Part shown: piece after piece, positions 8,057 to 17,473 of the stretch
How positions within the stretch are numbered: the first letter of the stretch is position 1
Layout of the letters: each line of letters starts with the position of its first letter
Source: Euryarchaeota archaeon UBA103
GTDB taxonomy: Archaea; Thermoplasmatota; Poseidoniia; Poseidoniales; Thalassarchaeaceae
DNA length: 64,000 nt
Direction of reading: 5' to 3'
Assembly (NCBI GenBank): GCA_002506825.1
Contig: DAYH01000023.1
Span: forward strand, 5,593 to 69,592
Program-made: the position numbers and the translations under genes
Notes under the pieces: generated by a model
Seen by the model: only the letters and a program-made list of their open reading frames with translations
The model's database searches: none
What the model was told of the DNA's origin: nothing

Positions 8057-11000
8057 ATGCAAGCAGGCCGGAGGGGTTTTTCCCTACTCGTGCTCATGTC
8101 CCTGATGCTCTGGTCTTCCAGTGGCATGGCATCTCCTGGAAAGGAAGATGGAGGTGTTGGGTCAGCGGATTGCGAATCAATATGCATTAGCGAGGTAATG
8201 CCCAATGCTGATGGCTCGGACCAGGGAATGTTTCCCCAGGGAGAATGGGTCGAGTTAGTTAACTCCGGAGACTCTGATGTGAATCTGTATGGTTGGGCAG
8301 TTGTTGATATTGGAGGGTGGTATCATCCAATTAATGAGCAGAGCTGGGTTGGTTTTGATGACTTGGAGACCCCATACGTCCTTCAGCCCGGGGGATATGC
8401 CATAATCGCGGAGAATGAGATTGGTACACTCCGTCTAAATAACGCAGGGGAAACTGTGTACTTATTTGATGATCACAACCAGACTATTGACGAGGTTGTA
8501 ACGGGCTCGGCATCCAATGGCATATCCAAAATTGCGGATCCTTCCAATGCAGGAGGGGTTTGGATTAATTCACTGGAGCCTAGTCCTGGAAACACAAATC
8601 CAAGCGAAACGGGGGGCGGAGATCCAGTAGATATCGGAGCCTCATGGTGGGATGGAGAGTTCGATGTGAAATTCACCAGAATAATGCCGGGCGAGGTCCC
8701 CAATAGAAACAATGACTGGTTTGAAATCACTAATGTCGGAGACGATGCCATTAATCTGGAAGGTTGGAATATTACGAGAATAAGTGCCTCTGGAGAGTTT
8801 CATTCGACGATAAAATCATTGGAAATACAACCTCAGTCTTCAGTGGTAATATCAGAGAATCCATACAATCTACTACTGGATGGCGGAATAGTCGCGTTAG
8901 ATGCCAATCAGGTATTGACTGCCGCTCCTTGGCTGGTAAATTCAGGTGGCTCACTAATCCTAGCTGAACCCAATGGAACTGCAGTCGACTCGATAGTCTA
9001 CGGAAATGGAATTGCTGGAATCGATGGGTGGAGCGGTCCTGCCATATCTGTCCCTGGGGACGGATCGCCTGGGCTGATACTCATGAGGGGTCTGGGTTGC
9101 GGCGAATATCCAGATTCTGACATCGGGTCAGATTGGGAGCAAAGATGGATACGGATAGGTGCTTCGACATTCTGCGATGGAGGTGACTTCCTTACCGAGG
9201 AGGGGTCCACTGCGACTGCCTCCATTGGCCCTCAATCAGCATATAACGACCTAAGATACTGGATTGACACGGCGCAAAGTGAATTGCATCTGCATACATA
9301 TCAGTTCATGAGTACGGAATTGACTGGTGCTGTTATTGACGCTATTGAGAGGGGAGTAGAAGTGACAATACTGTTGGAGGAGGGAATTCTAGATGGGGCC
9401 AGTACTGTCGATAATCAGAGAGGGCATGCCCAGGCCATCCACGATGCGGGGGGTTTGGTGCTTTGGATGGATGACCCATCTCAGATAAGCTCGCCCTACA
9501 GGTACATCCACAGTAAAGTAGCTGTGAAGGATTCAGAAAGTGTCTGGATTTCCTCTGGGAACTGGAAGGAATCCAGTGTCCCAGTAGATCAAACCGGAAA
9601 CCGTGAATGGTCTTTGATTGTAAACTCAGTAGAATTGGCAGACTTAGTTATGTCAAGAATGGATTGGGATGAGAATCAGAATAGCCTCCACATCTCCACC
9701 CATCAACCTAGGCATTCACCCTCATCGGAATGGACAATGGCGCCCGAACAGAATAGCACCCCTACTAACGCTCCTGAATATGTCTCAGGACCATTCGATG
9801 GGAATCTGATGACCTGTCCGGACGATTGTGTATACTCTGTAGTGCGAATGATTTCATCCGCAGAATCATCAATTGAGCTTTCAGTTCAGTATCTTGATTT
9901 AGACTGGTACTGGGGGTTCGGTGAAAATCCAATGATTGAGGCGCTTCATGAAGCGGCAACAAGGGGAGTCCAGATTCGACTCCTGCTGAATGGATTTTAT
10001 GCGGAATGGGATGAGGAAATCAGAGATACGATTCATCTTTTCAATACAGAATGGAATGGTACTCAAGGTTTGGACACTACTGCCAGACTAATGTCAACAT
10101 CGGAAAATATCACCAAACTTCACAATAAGGGTGCTATAATTGACGATTCCAGTGTCCTTGTGGGGAGTATGAATTGGGGCTCGAGCGCGGCCTTGAGGAA
10201 TAGGGAGATGGGAATTCTAATTCATGATGATCAGATTACTTCTGAGTTTCTTTCTTCCTTTAATTCGGATTGGGCAAGGATGGACTCCAGTACTGACTCT
10301 GATGGAGATTTAATGCCTGACTTCTGGGAGGAGCTATATGGACTGAATCGTCACTCTGCCGCTATTATTGGAACCGCTTTGAGTGAGCAGTCAATGGATC
10401 CTGATTCAGATGGTTTGAATAACCTGAACGAGTATCTTCTTGGTGGAAATCCACTGATCAGAGATACGGATGGAGATTGTATTTTTGATGGCAGTGAAGA
10501 GGGTTTCGCGCAGAGTGTGCTTCGATCTCCCAACATAGCGATGCTCTCTGGAGATGTCGATGAGAATGGAATACCGGATGGAGAGCAATGGGGGTGTGAT
10601 GAACTGGAACCCATCGATCCCGTGGGGGATGAAACCGATGAGGATCCTGTTGAAGAGCAGATAGTTGATGAGGGCGAAGAAGATGGTTTACTTGAATTCA
10701 GAGAAGACGCTATGACTCGCCCTGGTGCTAGAGTTCTATTTGGCTTGATGGCCCTATCTGCAGTATCTCTTGTTATTGCTTCATGGATCTCATTCAGGAG
10801 GCCCAAGAGTGCGACTGATGAAATTCTAGTAGATGACTCCGGATATAGGTTTGATGACTCTGGATCGAACTTAGCAATTCTGAAAGGAACCAGCTTCGAT
10901 ACTGGTTCTGCTGATTCGAGGTCCCTAACCAGAGGAAAGGATGATGGTTCTCATGGCGATATAATTCTAGATGGATTTGGATTCGATAGAGATAAAACTA

Positions 11001-11080
11001 GTAGAGACGAGATTCAGTGGATGCTTGATTCTGGGAAGACTATGGAAGAGATTAGGCAGGAACTCGGAGAGGAAGAGTGA
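8057..11080 (+). CDS. secreted lamin-tail-domain (x2) / phospholipase-D-superfamily (2 HKD motifs) enzyme, extracellular nuclease or phospholipase, C-terminal TM anchor
   Basis: It has a signal peptide (MQAGRRGFSLLVLMSLMLWSSSG). Two LTD-like modules are present (ISEVMPNADG..EWVELVN.GD..VNLYGW and FTRIMPGEV..NDWFEITNVGDDAINLEGW). The HKD motifs are IHSKVAVKDSESVWISSGNW (about 9509-9532) and LHNKGAIIDDSSVLVGSMNW (about 10121-10144). TSP3-like DxDxDG loops, a TM helix (LFGLMALSAVSLVIASWI) and a cytoplasmic tail follow. Confidence 0.8.
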   Translation: MQAGRRGFSLLVLMSLMLWSSSGMASPGKEDGGVGSADCESICISEVMPNADGSDQGMFPQGEWVELVNSGDSDVNLYGWAVVDIGGWYHPINEQSWVGFDDLETPYVLQPGGYAIIAENEIGTLRLNNAGETVYLFDDHNQTIDEVVTGSASNGISKIADPSNAGGVWINSLEPSPGNTNPSETGGGDPVDIGASWWDGEFDVKFTRIMPGEVPNRNNDWFEITNVGDDAINLEGWNITRISASGEFHSTIKSLEIQPQSSVVISENPYNLLLDGGIVALDANQVLTAAPWLVNSGGSLILAEPNGTAVDSIVYGNGIAGIDGWSGPAISVPGDGSPGLILMRGLGCGEYPDSDIGSDWEQRWIRIGASTFCDGGDFLTEEGSTATASIGPQSAYNDLRYWIDTAQSELHLHTYQFMSTELTGAVIDAIERGVEVTILLEEGILDGASTVDNQRGHAQAIHDAGGLVLWMDDPSQISSPYRYIHSKVAVKDSESVWISSGNWKESSVPVDQTGNREWSLIVNSVELADLVMSRMDWDENQNSLHISTHQPRHSPSSEWTMAPEQNSTPTNAPEYVSGPFDGNLMTCPDDCVYSVVRMISSAESSIELSVQYLDLDWYWGFGENPMIEALHEAATRGVQIRLLLNGFYAEWDEEIRDTIHLFNTEWNGTQGLDTTARLMSTSENITKLHNKGAIIDDSSVLVGSMNWGSSAALRNREMGILIHDDQITSEFLSSFNSDWARMDSSTDSDGDLMPDFWEELYGLNRHSAAIIGTALSEQSMDPDSDGLNNLNEYLLGGNPLIRDTDGDCIFDGSEEGFAQSVLRSPNIAMLSGDVDENGIPDGEQWGCDELEPIDPVGDETDEDPVEEQIVDEGEEDGLLEFREDAMTRPGARVLFGLMALSAVSLVIASWISFRRPKSATDEILVDDSGYRFDDSGSNLAILKGTSFDTGSADSRSLTRGKDDGSHGDIILDGFGFDRDKTSRDEIQWMLDSGKTMEEIRQELGEEE

Positions 11081-12351
11081 TGGTTATTTCTATCGGAGAT
11101 TTCATCGACGGAGTTGTCGATGGGAGCCTTTCCGATGAGCAGGTCATACTATGGTTGAAGGCGGTCTATGAGAATGGTATGAGTGACTCCGAGGTCGCGG
11201 AGCTGACCATTAAAATGAGGGATTCCGGGAAAATACTTGCTTGGGGCGACAATAAGAAAGTAGGGGACAAGCACTCAACAGGTGGAGTAGGGGACAAGGT
11301 ATCGATTCCTCTGGCTCCTGCTTTAGCCGCCTGCGGACTTAGCGTCCCTATGGTATCAGGTAGGAGCTTGGGGCATACGGGAGGGACCTTGGACAAGCTT
11401 GAGTCTATTCCAGGATTCAATACTGATATTGGGAATGAGGAATTAACGCATCAGGTTAGCGAGATAGGACTAGGCATTGTTGGCCAGAAGAGCGATTTAG
11501 TTCCCGCCGACAAACGCCTATATTCCCTCAGAGACGTCACGGGCACAGTGGCTTCGATACCCCTAATTTCATCATCAATAATATCCAAGAAGGCGGCAGA
11601 GGGAATTTCAGCCCTCGTACTTGATGTGAAATTTGGAAGAGGCGCGTTCATGAAGAATATTGATTCTGCTAGAGAGTTGGCAGAGTCGATGGTCGGTGTT
11701 TCAAAGGAATTGGGGATATCTACAATTTCTGTACTATCATCCATGGATCAACCGATTGGATATAGTGTTGGAAATTCTTTAGAAATTCTCGAGAGTGTTG
11801 AAACATTACTTGGAAGGGGGCCAGCTGATCTAGAGGAATTAGTTTGTGTATTGGGAGGGTTGCTTCTGGAATCCTCTGGAATTTCAAGTGATTTCGAGGA
11901 CGGAGCGGCTATGATCCTCGATAGCCTCTATGACGGTTCGGCTTTCCGAAAATTCGTCGATATGGTAGTTTCGCAAGGAGGGAGTGCTGATTTGTTCGAG
12001 AGTGAAGTTTCACTTCTGGAGGGATTGGGAATACTTGATCAGAGCCTAAAATCAAATCCCCTTGAAGCGAGGAAGGACGGATGGGTTGTAGATATTGATG
12101 CTATGGTCATTGCCGAGATATGTCTTCAAATGGGCGCGGGCAGGATTCGTCTCGAGGACAAAATAGATCATCAGGTAGGCATGGTCATGGAGGTTCAAGT
12201 TGGAGACGCCGTTGAAATGGGGGAAGTTCTTGCTACCGTATACCACCGAGAGGGGGATATTGCCACTATTATGAGGAGGTTAGAGTCGGCTTTCTCATTT
12301 TCTGATTCTGAGCCAGAGGTGACTTCAAGAGTTGTTGAGGTAATCAGATGA
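11077..12351 (+). CDS. deoA: thymidine / pyrimidine-nucleoside phosphorylase
   Basis: It contains the HSTGGVGDKVS phosphate-binding motif. The 424-aa length matches the family and is shorter than AMP phosphorylase. The start is GTG at 11077 or ATG at 11080, overlapping the upstream stop (TGATG). Confidence 0.9.
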   Translation: MMVISIGDFIDGVVDGSLSDEQVILWLKAVYENGMSDSEVAELTIKMRDSGKILAWGDNKKVGDKHSTGGVGDKVSIPLAPALAACGLSVPMVSGRSLGHTGGTLDKLESIPGFNTDIGNEELTHQVSEIGLGIVGQKSDLVPADKRLYSLRDVTGTVASIPLISSSIISKKAAEGISALVLDVKFGRGAFMKNIDSARELAESMVGVSKELGISTISVLSSMDQPIGYSVGNSLEILESVETLLGRGPADLEELVCVLGGLLLESSGISSDFEDGAAMILDSLYDGSAFRKFVDMVVSQGGSADLFESEVSLLEGLGILDQSLKSNPLEARKDGWVVDIDAMVIAEICLQMGAGRIRLEDKIDHQVGMVMEVQVGDAVEMGEVLATVYHREGDIATIMRRLESAFSFSDSEPEVTSRVVEVIR

Positions 12352-13430
12352 GGCTCTCTCATATCGATAGAATAAGGGCGATAGCGGTCTTATGCATGGT
12401 AGAGGTCCATACTGCTGCCATCATCCCCCCTGCTGGCATGTCCGTGGGGGATCCAGCGGCATTTGTTGCCGCCGCCTTTGGAGGAATGGCCGCCCCCCTA
12501 TTCGTGATGATTTCGGGATGGGCGATATACATGAGTGCCTCTCGGAGGATGATGGGCGGACTCACCAGCGCAGATGAGTGGGCATCATGGATGGTACCAC
12601 GGGTTGCATTACTGGCATCATGCCAGCTTTTGGTGAACCTATTGCTAAATACTGACAGAGGAGGTAGATTCGAAGTACATACCCCGGGAGTGCTAACCCT
12701 GCTTGCAATCGCCGCACTTCTAGCACCCGTGCTAGTTAGGCTGGGGATGGAAATCAGGATTTTTTTGATGCTGGTAATGATTTCATCTCCAATGATAATG
12801 GGGGATGTCTCGGGTACTGATTGGTCTTGGTGGGACAGGGTTGCCTCTGACGGCATGTCAGAATGGCTATCCAGGCTTCTTTGGAATGGAACATATCCTG
12901 CTGTTCCTTGGATGTTCTACGTTCTCCTAGGGACTCTAGTGTATGATCTATCTGACAGTCCGAGAACTAGGGAACGAATCATCGCCATTGGCTTGATAGC
13001 TACCATCATAACCTTGCTAATTTCTGTGAGTGAGAAAGTCCCTTGGGCACTGACTGAGGGAGATGCTGTTCTGACTTTCTTTCCTGCAAGTTCGTCTTTT
13101 CTGGTGGTTTCGGGTTTCTTTGCCCTTCTAGCACATAGAATTTTGGAAGGCGAAGAAAGTTCCGGAGGTGAGCCTTTTGGAGGAGATAAGCTGTCCTTCC
13201 TCGAACCACTTGGAAGGATCACTCTGACAGTTTATGTCGCGCATTTTGCCGTTTTGGGGCTTGTGGCATATGCCATGCAAGGAGAGCCTAGATTGGAACT
13301 AGTTCCTGCTTTCGCAGTTACTATCGGTCACACATTGATGTGGATACCCTTGGCAAAAGCGCACCAAGAATTAATCCCTGAAATCTCCTTTGAAGGGTTA
13401 CTACGGAAACTGAGTCAGTTGACAAGGTAA
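12348..13430 (+). CDS. DUF1624 / heparan-alpha-glucosaminide N-acetyltransferase-like polytopic membrane protein
   Basis: The N-terminus MRLSHIDRIRAIAVLCMVEVHTA matches the R..iD..RG.a...M...H signature. About 10 hydrophobic helices are present. It shares an ATGA overlap with deoA. Confidence 0.6.
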   Translation: MRLSHIDRIRAIAVLCMVEVHTAAIIPPAGMSVGDPAAFVAAAFGGMAAPLFVMISGWAIYMSASRRMMGGLTSADEWASWMVPRVALLASCQLLVNLLLNTDRGGRFEVHTPGVLTLLAIAALLAPVLVRLGMEIRIFLMLVMISSPMIMGDVSGTDWSWWDRVASDGMSEWLSRLLWNGTYPAVPWMFYVLLGTLVYDLSDSPRTRERIIAIGLIATIITLLISVSEKVPWALTEGDAVLTFFPASSSFLVVSGFFALLAHRILEGEESSGGEPFGGDKLSFLEPLGRITLTVYVAHFAVLGLVAYAMQGEPRLELVPAFAVTIGHTLMWIPLAKAHQELIPEISFEGLLRKLSQLTR

Positions 13431-16400
13431 TCAGTGGACCATGAAATTGGTCCGAACCAGACTGATCCTTCCTCGTTTGTAGCCTGAATTCTACCATAGT
13501 ATGTCGTTCCGCAACATGTCAATCCTGACACCGTTTGTGAGTGGTTTCCAACAGATGCACTGCCGAAGCCTGTACTATCGCTCCAACCGGATGTCTGGTT
13601 TCCCATATCCGCCGTACCATAGTAGAACGTGAGGTTCGTATTCGTCCCATTGTCATAAGTCTCCCATGAAATTGTAGTGGATGTAGCTCCCGATGGATCG
13701 GGAGAAGAAATATTGCGAATAATGGCATCATAAACGAAGAACTCCTCCCTCAGGGGGTCATCTACCCACACTGGAAGGTGAGCGAGAGAGTCGTGAGTAT
13801 TCCAAGTCAGTGGGAACCCCCAAGCGGCGTGATAAGGAGCTAGGTTGTAGCCAGTAGCGTTAGAGAGGTGCAATACCCATGCGTTGAACTCCTCATTATC
13901 AGTAGACGGAACCTCGGCTGGAGGGAGTGTGTAATACACCGTCAATGCCTCAGTTATAGGTCTCCAATCCCATTCCTCCTTGATCAGGATATAGGTATCC
14001 AATGCAATCCAAACAGACCAGTTGGAAATGTTTGAACCGTCATTAAAGTATGAATGCATCCTAGTTGCTCTCTGTTCGGGATCTACTGCGCTATGCCCTT
14101 GGATGCCGACCAGTTCCTCCATAAGGTAAACACTGGCGAAGTTACAACTAGTTTCAGTGGTCCCTGGAAGAGTGGATGGCATCCATTGGTGGTTGTGTCC
14201 CAACTCATGGAACATCCCCCAATCGCCGTTCTCATCCATATATGAGAGGTTGACCACCCCTTCTACACTTAGATCATGCGCCATGAAGGGGTATCCAGAA
14301 TGCATCCATCCTGCGGAAATCTGAACATCAAAAACCGCTCTCTCCACCCTTGGCCATGGCTCATATCCATACAACTCGTGTTCCATTGCGAGGGCTTCAT
14401 CCCACCATTCCATTAGGGCGGATGGATTATTCAAATCCCTAATCTCATGACTAGGGACCGTCATGATGAAATTGTTGGAAATCAACTCTGCCCAAGGGGC
14501 CGGATTGTCTCTCTCCGAGTATATCCACTCAAAGTCTGATGTCTCATTGAGAACAAACATTGGAGCCCTTATGGCGCCAGATATTGTGACATCGAATTCC
14601 CCGAATTCTGATCCAGCAGGAATAGCAACATAAATCGGACCCCCGAATGCATTTCCTACCTGTGTTGCAGAAGTACAAACCCCAGATTCATCGCATGCAA
14701 GTGATGCGGTCGTGTTGTCTATCCACCAGTACCTGTGAATCTTAGAGTGCCTCTTGATCACATCCTTGTCCCAGAGGCCATCTGTATGAGCGCCAATCAG
14801 TATCCAGAACCCCAACTCGGAGGCTTGCGGGCTGACTGAAACTGAGATAACCTCTCCTGGGGGTGCATAGAGTCCTGTGGACATTCTGATACTGCTTCTC
14901 GCACCAGAATAACCGAAATTAGAGGGGAGGCCGGATTGATTTCCATCAATGGAAACAGTACGTGAAATCCTAGAGGCATTAGAGGGGACCTCTCCTGGGA
15001 ATTCCGTATTACTTGGATGGATGGGTAAATCGTCCGCATCGAGACCCTGGGTGAGAGCCTCCTCCAACCTAAGGATCACATCGGCAACTGGATCCGCGCC
15101 TAAATCATGACCTGTTGAGCTCCATAGTGTGCTGTATGGGATCACTGTCCATCCTGTGGAATTTACCAATTCCCTCAACGGACTCCAGAACTCCAGAAAG
15201 TCCAGTGGAACGATTACGGTGCAGTCGGAAATTGAGGAGTAGGCGATTTCTGCTTCCTCTGCTGACAGATCGATTCCCTCGAACCTGTCTGCAAAAATCC
15301 CTTGAATAGCGTTATGTGGGGTGTAATACTGATCAGGGATATCGAAATCTATGTCGTTGTACCCCCAATCCGAGGATACCATCAGGCCAGTGGTCTGGGA
15401 TATCTTGTTTCCGGGGTAGTTGTGGGGAACATCGCTGTTCGAGTATGACCAGTACCATGCATGGCCCCCCATTATCAACCCCCCTCCGGCAAGAAGGAAC
15501 TGCTCTATAGCCAAGTTGTCTTCATCATCGTGTCCATTCCAGAACTCATCGAGCAGGCAATCCACTTGGGATAGATCATCTGGAGTTACCGAAAGATGTA
15601 CAGAATGCCCCTCGGCCCGGAGTTCGTCTTCCCAGTGATCAAACCCAGCCCCAAAGGCTAGGCCGACATTTGCATACTCGCCACAGACCCACTCCACTGC
15701 TCTGAAGTTAAATTCATGATTCTGTGTGACCCAACTCTCGTGTCCGAGGCCGATCATCTTGCCCCTACCTACGTGACTAGCTGATACCACAGTAGAGTCA
15801 GTGGAGTCCATGCCTAGTGGGAAAGACCATTTTCCCACAGGTAAAATTAGTGATGACCACCCTCCCCAATCTGCTTCATCGAGGCCTCTTAGCAACTCAT
15901 TCTGGTCGGCCCTCAAGTCATGAACGGCGATCCAAATATTCAGGCCTACTGACCCTCCTGTATTATTCGCCCATATCGTATACTGTTGCCAATCTGATCT
16001 CGCTATGGGGGTACCTGAAATTGTTCCATTCTGGAGTATTGTAATGCCCTCTGGCAGTGAAGGAAAAACTTCCCAAGTATCGATCTGAGGGCCGTTGTTG
16101 TTGGCTATAATGGCTATGCTTTCGTTTGACTTGAGTGCAAATTCATTACTTGGCCAGTGAATATCATTTGGAGGCATACTGGTAATCCTAAATCGAACCT
16201 CTGTAGTGGTTGAGCCACCTGAATTATTGGCCCAAATAATGTGGTCCCCCCATGGTTGTAAGGAAGTTGAGTTGCCACTGATTGCTCCTGTTTCTGAGTC
16301 GAAAGAGAAGCCTTCTGGTAGACTTGGACTAATCTCCCATGTCGATGGGCCACCCCCTTCAATGAATGGAAAAACCACGCCGATCCCCTCGCCGATTCTG

Positions 16401-17440
16401 AGGTCGAACTCAGAAGGCTCGTAAATCAGTCCAATAGGCGATTCTTCGTATATCTGAATCAGGATATTAACTGATGATTCCCCCCCTGTATTGAAAGCGG
16501 TTACAGTGTACTCCAGTACATGTTGTGGGTTCAGAGGGATCCCCGTGAGAGAGCCGTCAGACTGGTCGATGTTCATCCCATCGGGCAGAGACGGGGATAC
16601 CGACCATGTTAGATGGCCTCCTCCCTCTACAATGGGGGTCGTGGCTACTTCGTGACCGGTCGACCAAAAGAATGGATGATCCGGATAATGGAGGGCGCTG
16701 GGTGGCTCATGCAACGTGGTGATCCGTATCTGTGTAGATGCCGCTCCTCCTGGACTTGAGGCCGTAATTGTGTGGTTAGAATCGCCTAATGATGAAGGGG
16801 TTCCTTGTATTGACCCATCGTCCATAATTTGGAAGCCCTCGGGGAATGGGGGCTCGACCCCCCAATATTCTACGTCCCCCCCAAGAATCAATGGGGCATA
16901 GACCTCGCAATAACCGCCTATCTCGCACGGCAGTATCTCAATCTGATACTGAATAGAGTAGGGGCCCGGTGCAACAATCTCAATTTCGATTAACGAAGTT
17001 GACTGCCCTGCCCAATTGGAGGCGATTATAGTATAGCTAGCCATAATTGTCGGTACTACGGGAGTTCCGCTAATCACCCCCGTTTGTCGATTCAGTGAGA
17101 GCCCTTCTGGGAGCCTTGGGTTGACCAGCCAATTTTGCGGCCCGTCTCCAATGAAACTAGGAGTTAGAGGTTGAATCTCGACACCCGAACTGAGGGTCAT
17201 TTCCTCGATCCCGTAGGAAAGCGATGAAGGCATTATCATATCTCTGCAGTGATCTCCAGCGAAAATTTGCGATGTAGAGCAGTCATCTTCTGTAATCACT
17301 GGGACGAAGCATTCCTGATGGGATGGTTGTTCCTGGCAATCGATGACGACTGGATTTCCGCCCTGGTCGAATATACCCATGCAACCAGAGGCTAGCATCA
17401 GAAAAGTCAGCATCAGAGCGGATGCCCTCTTGCCACGCAT
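13415..17440 (-). CDS. giant secreted lipoprotein: 5 cadherin-like/He_PIG Ig repeats + GATase1-like domain + M60-like (enhancin/TCAF-type) zinc metallopeptidase + FN3
   Basis: It has a signal plus lipobox (LMLASGCMG). Five repeats of about 88 aa carry W.V.P.LPEG(L/F)....G.ISGTP. The zincin motif FHELGHNHQW lies at about 14195-14209. The C-terminus has an FN3-like region (TTISWETYDNGT..YYGRIQATNEEG). Confidence 0.8.
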   Translation of the reverse strand: MRGKRASALMLTFLMLASGCMGIFDQGGNPVVIDCQEQPSHQECFVPVITEDDCSTSQIFAGDHCRDMIMPSSLSYGIEEMTLSSGVEIQPLTPSFIGDGPQNWLVNPRLPEGLSLNRQTGVISGTPVVPTIMASYTIIASNWAGQSTSLIEIEIVAPGPYSIQYQIEILPCEIGGYCEVYAPLILGGDVEYWGVEPPFPEGFQIMDDGSIQGTPSSLGDSNHTITASSPGGAASTQIRITTLHEPPSALHYPDHPFFWSTGHEVATTPIVEGGGHLTWSVSPSLPDGMNIDQSDGSLTGIPLNPQHVLEYTVTAFNTGGESSVNILIQIYEESPIGLIYEPSEFDLRIGEGIGVVFPFIEGGGPSTWEISPSLPEGFSFDSETGAISGNSTSLQPWGDHIIWANNSGGSTTTEVRFRITSMPPNDIHWPSNEFALKSNESIAIIANNNGPQIDTWEVFPSLPEGITILQNGTISGTPIARSDWQQYTIWANNTGGSVGLNIWIAVHDLRADQNELLRGLDEADWGGWSSLILPVGKWSFPLGMDSTDSTVVSASHVGRGKMIGLGHESWVTQNHEFNFRAVEWVCGEYANVGLAFGAGFDHWEDELRAEGHSVHLSVTPDDLSQVDCLLDEFWNGHDDEDNLAIEQFLLAGGGLIMGGHAWYWSYSNSDVPHNYPGNKISQTTGLMVSSDWGYNDIDFDIPDQYYTPHNAIQGIFADRFEGIDLSAEEAEIAYSSISDCTVIVPLDFLEFWSPLRELVNSTGWTVIPYSTLWSSTGHDLGADPVADVILRLEEALTQGLDADDLPIHPSNTEFPGEVPSNASRISRTVSIDGNQSGLPSNFGYSGARSSIRMSTGLYAPPGEVISVSVSPQASELGFWILIGAHTDGLWDKDVIKRHSKIHRYWWIDNTTASLACDESGVCTSATQVGNAFGGPIYVAIPAGSEFGEFDVTISGAIRAPMFVLNETSDFEWIYSERDNPAPWAELISNNFIMTVPSHEIRDLNNPSALMEWWDEALAMEHELYGYEPWPRVERAVFDVQISAGWMHSGYPFMAHDLSVEGVVNLSYMDENGDWGMFHELGHNHQWMPSTLPGTTETSCNFASVYLMEELVGIQGHSAVDPEQRATRMHSYFNDGSNISNWSVWIALDTYILIKEEWDWRPITEALTVYYTLPPAEVPSTDNEEFNAWVLHLSNATGYNLAPYHAAWGFPLTWNTHDSLAHLPVWVDDPLREEFFVYDAIIRNISSPDPSGATSTTISWETYDNGTNTNLTFYYGTADMGNQTSGWSDSTGFGSASVGNHSQTVSGLTCCGTTYYGRIQATNEEGSVWFGPISWSTDYLVN

Positions 17441-17473
17441 ATACCTCCATAAAGGGAGGACATGAATAAGTTG

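Noticed and set aside
12359-12856. Long antisense or alternate-frame ORFs inside well-supported genes. Examples are 12359-12856, 24021-24560, 29063-29572, 44165-44689, 55862-56377, 59349-59816, 10351-10806 and 4748-5107.
   Set aside because: Each lies wholly within a longer ORF that has clear family motifs on the other strand or frame. I treated them as non-coding shadows.
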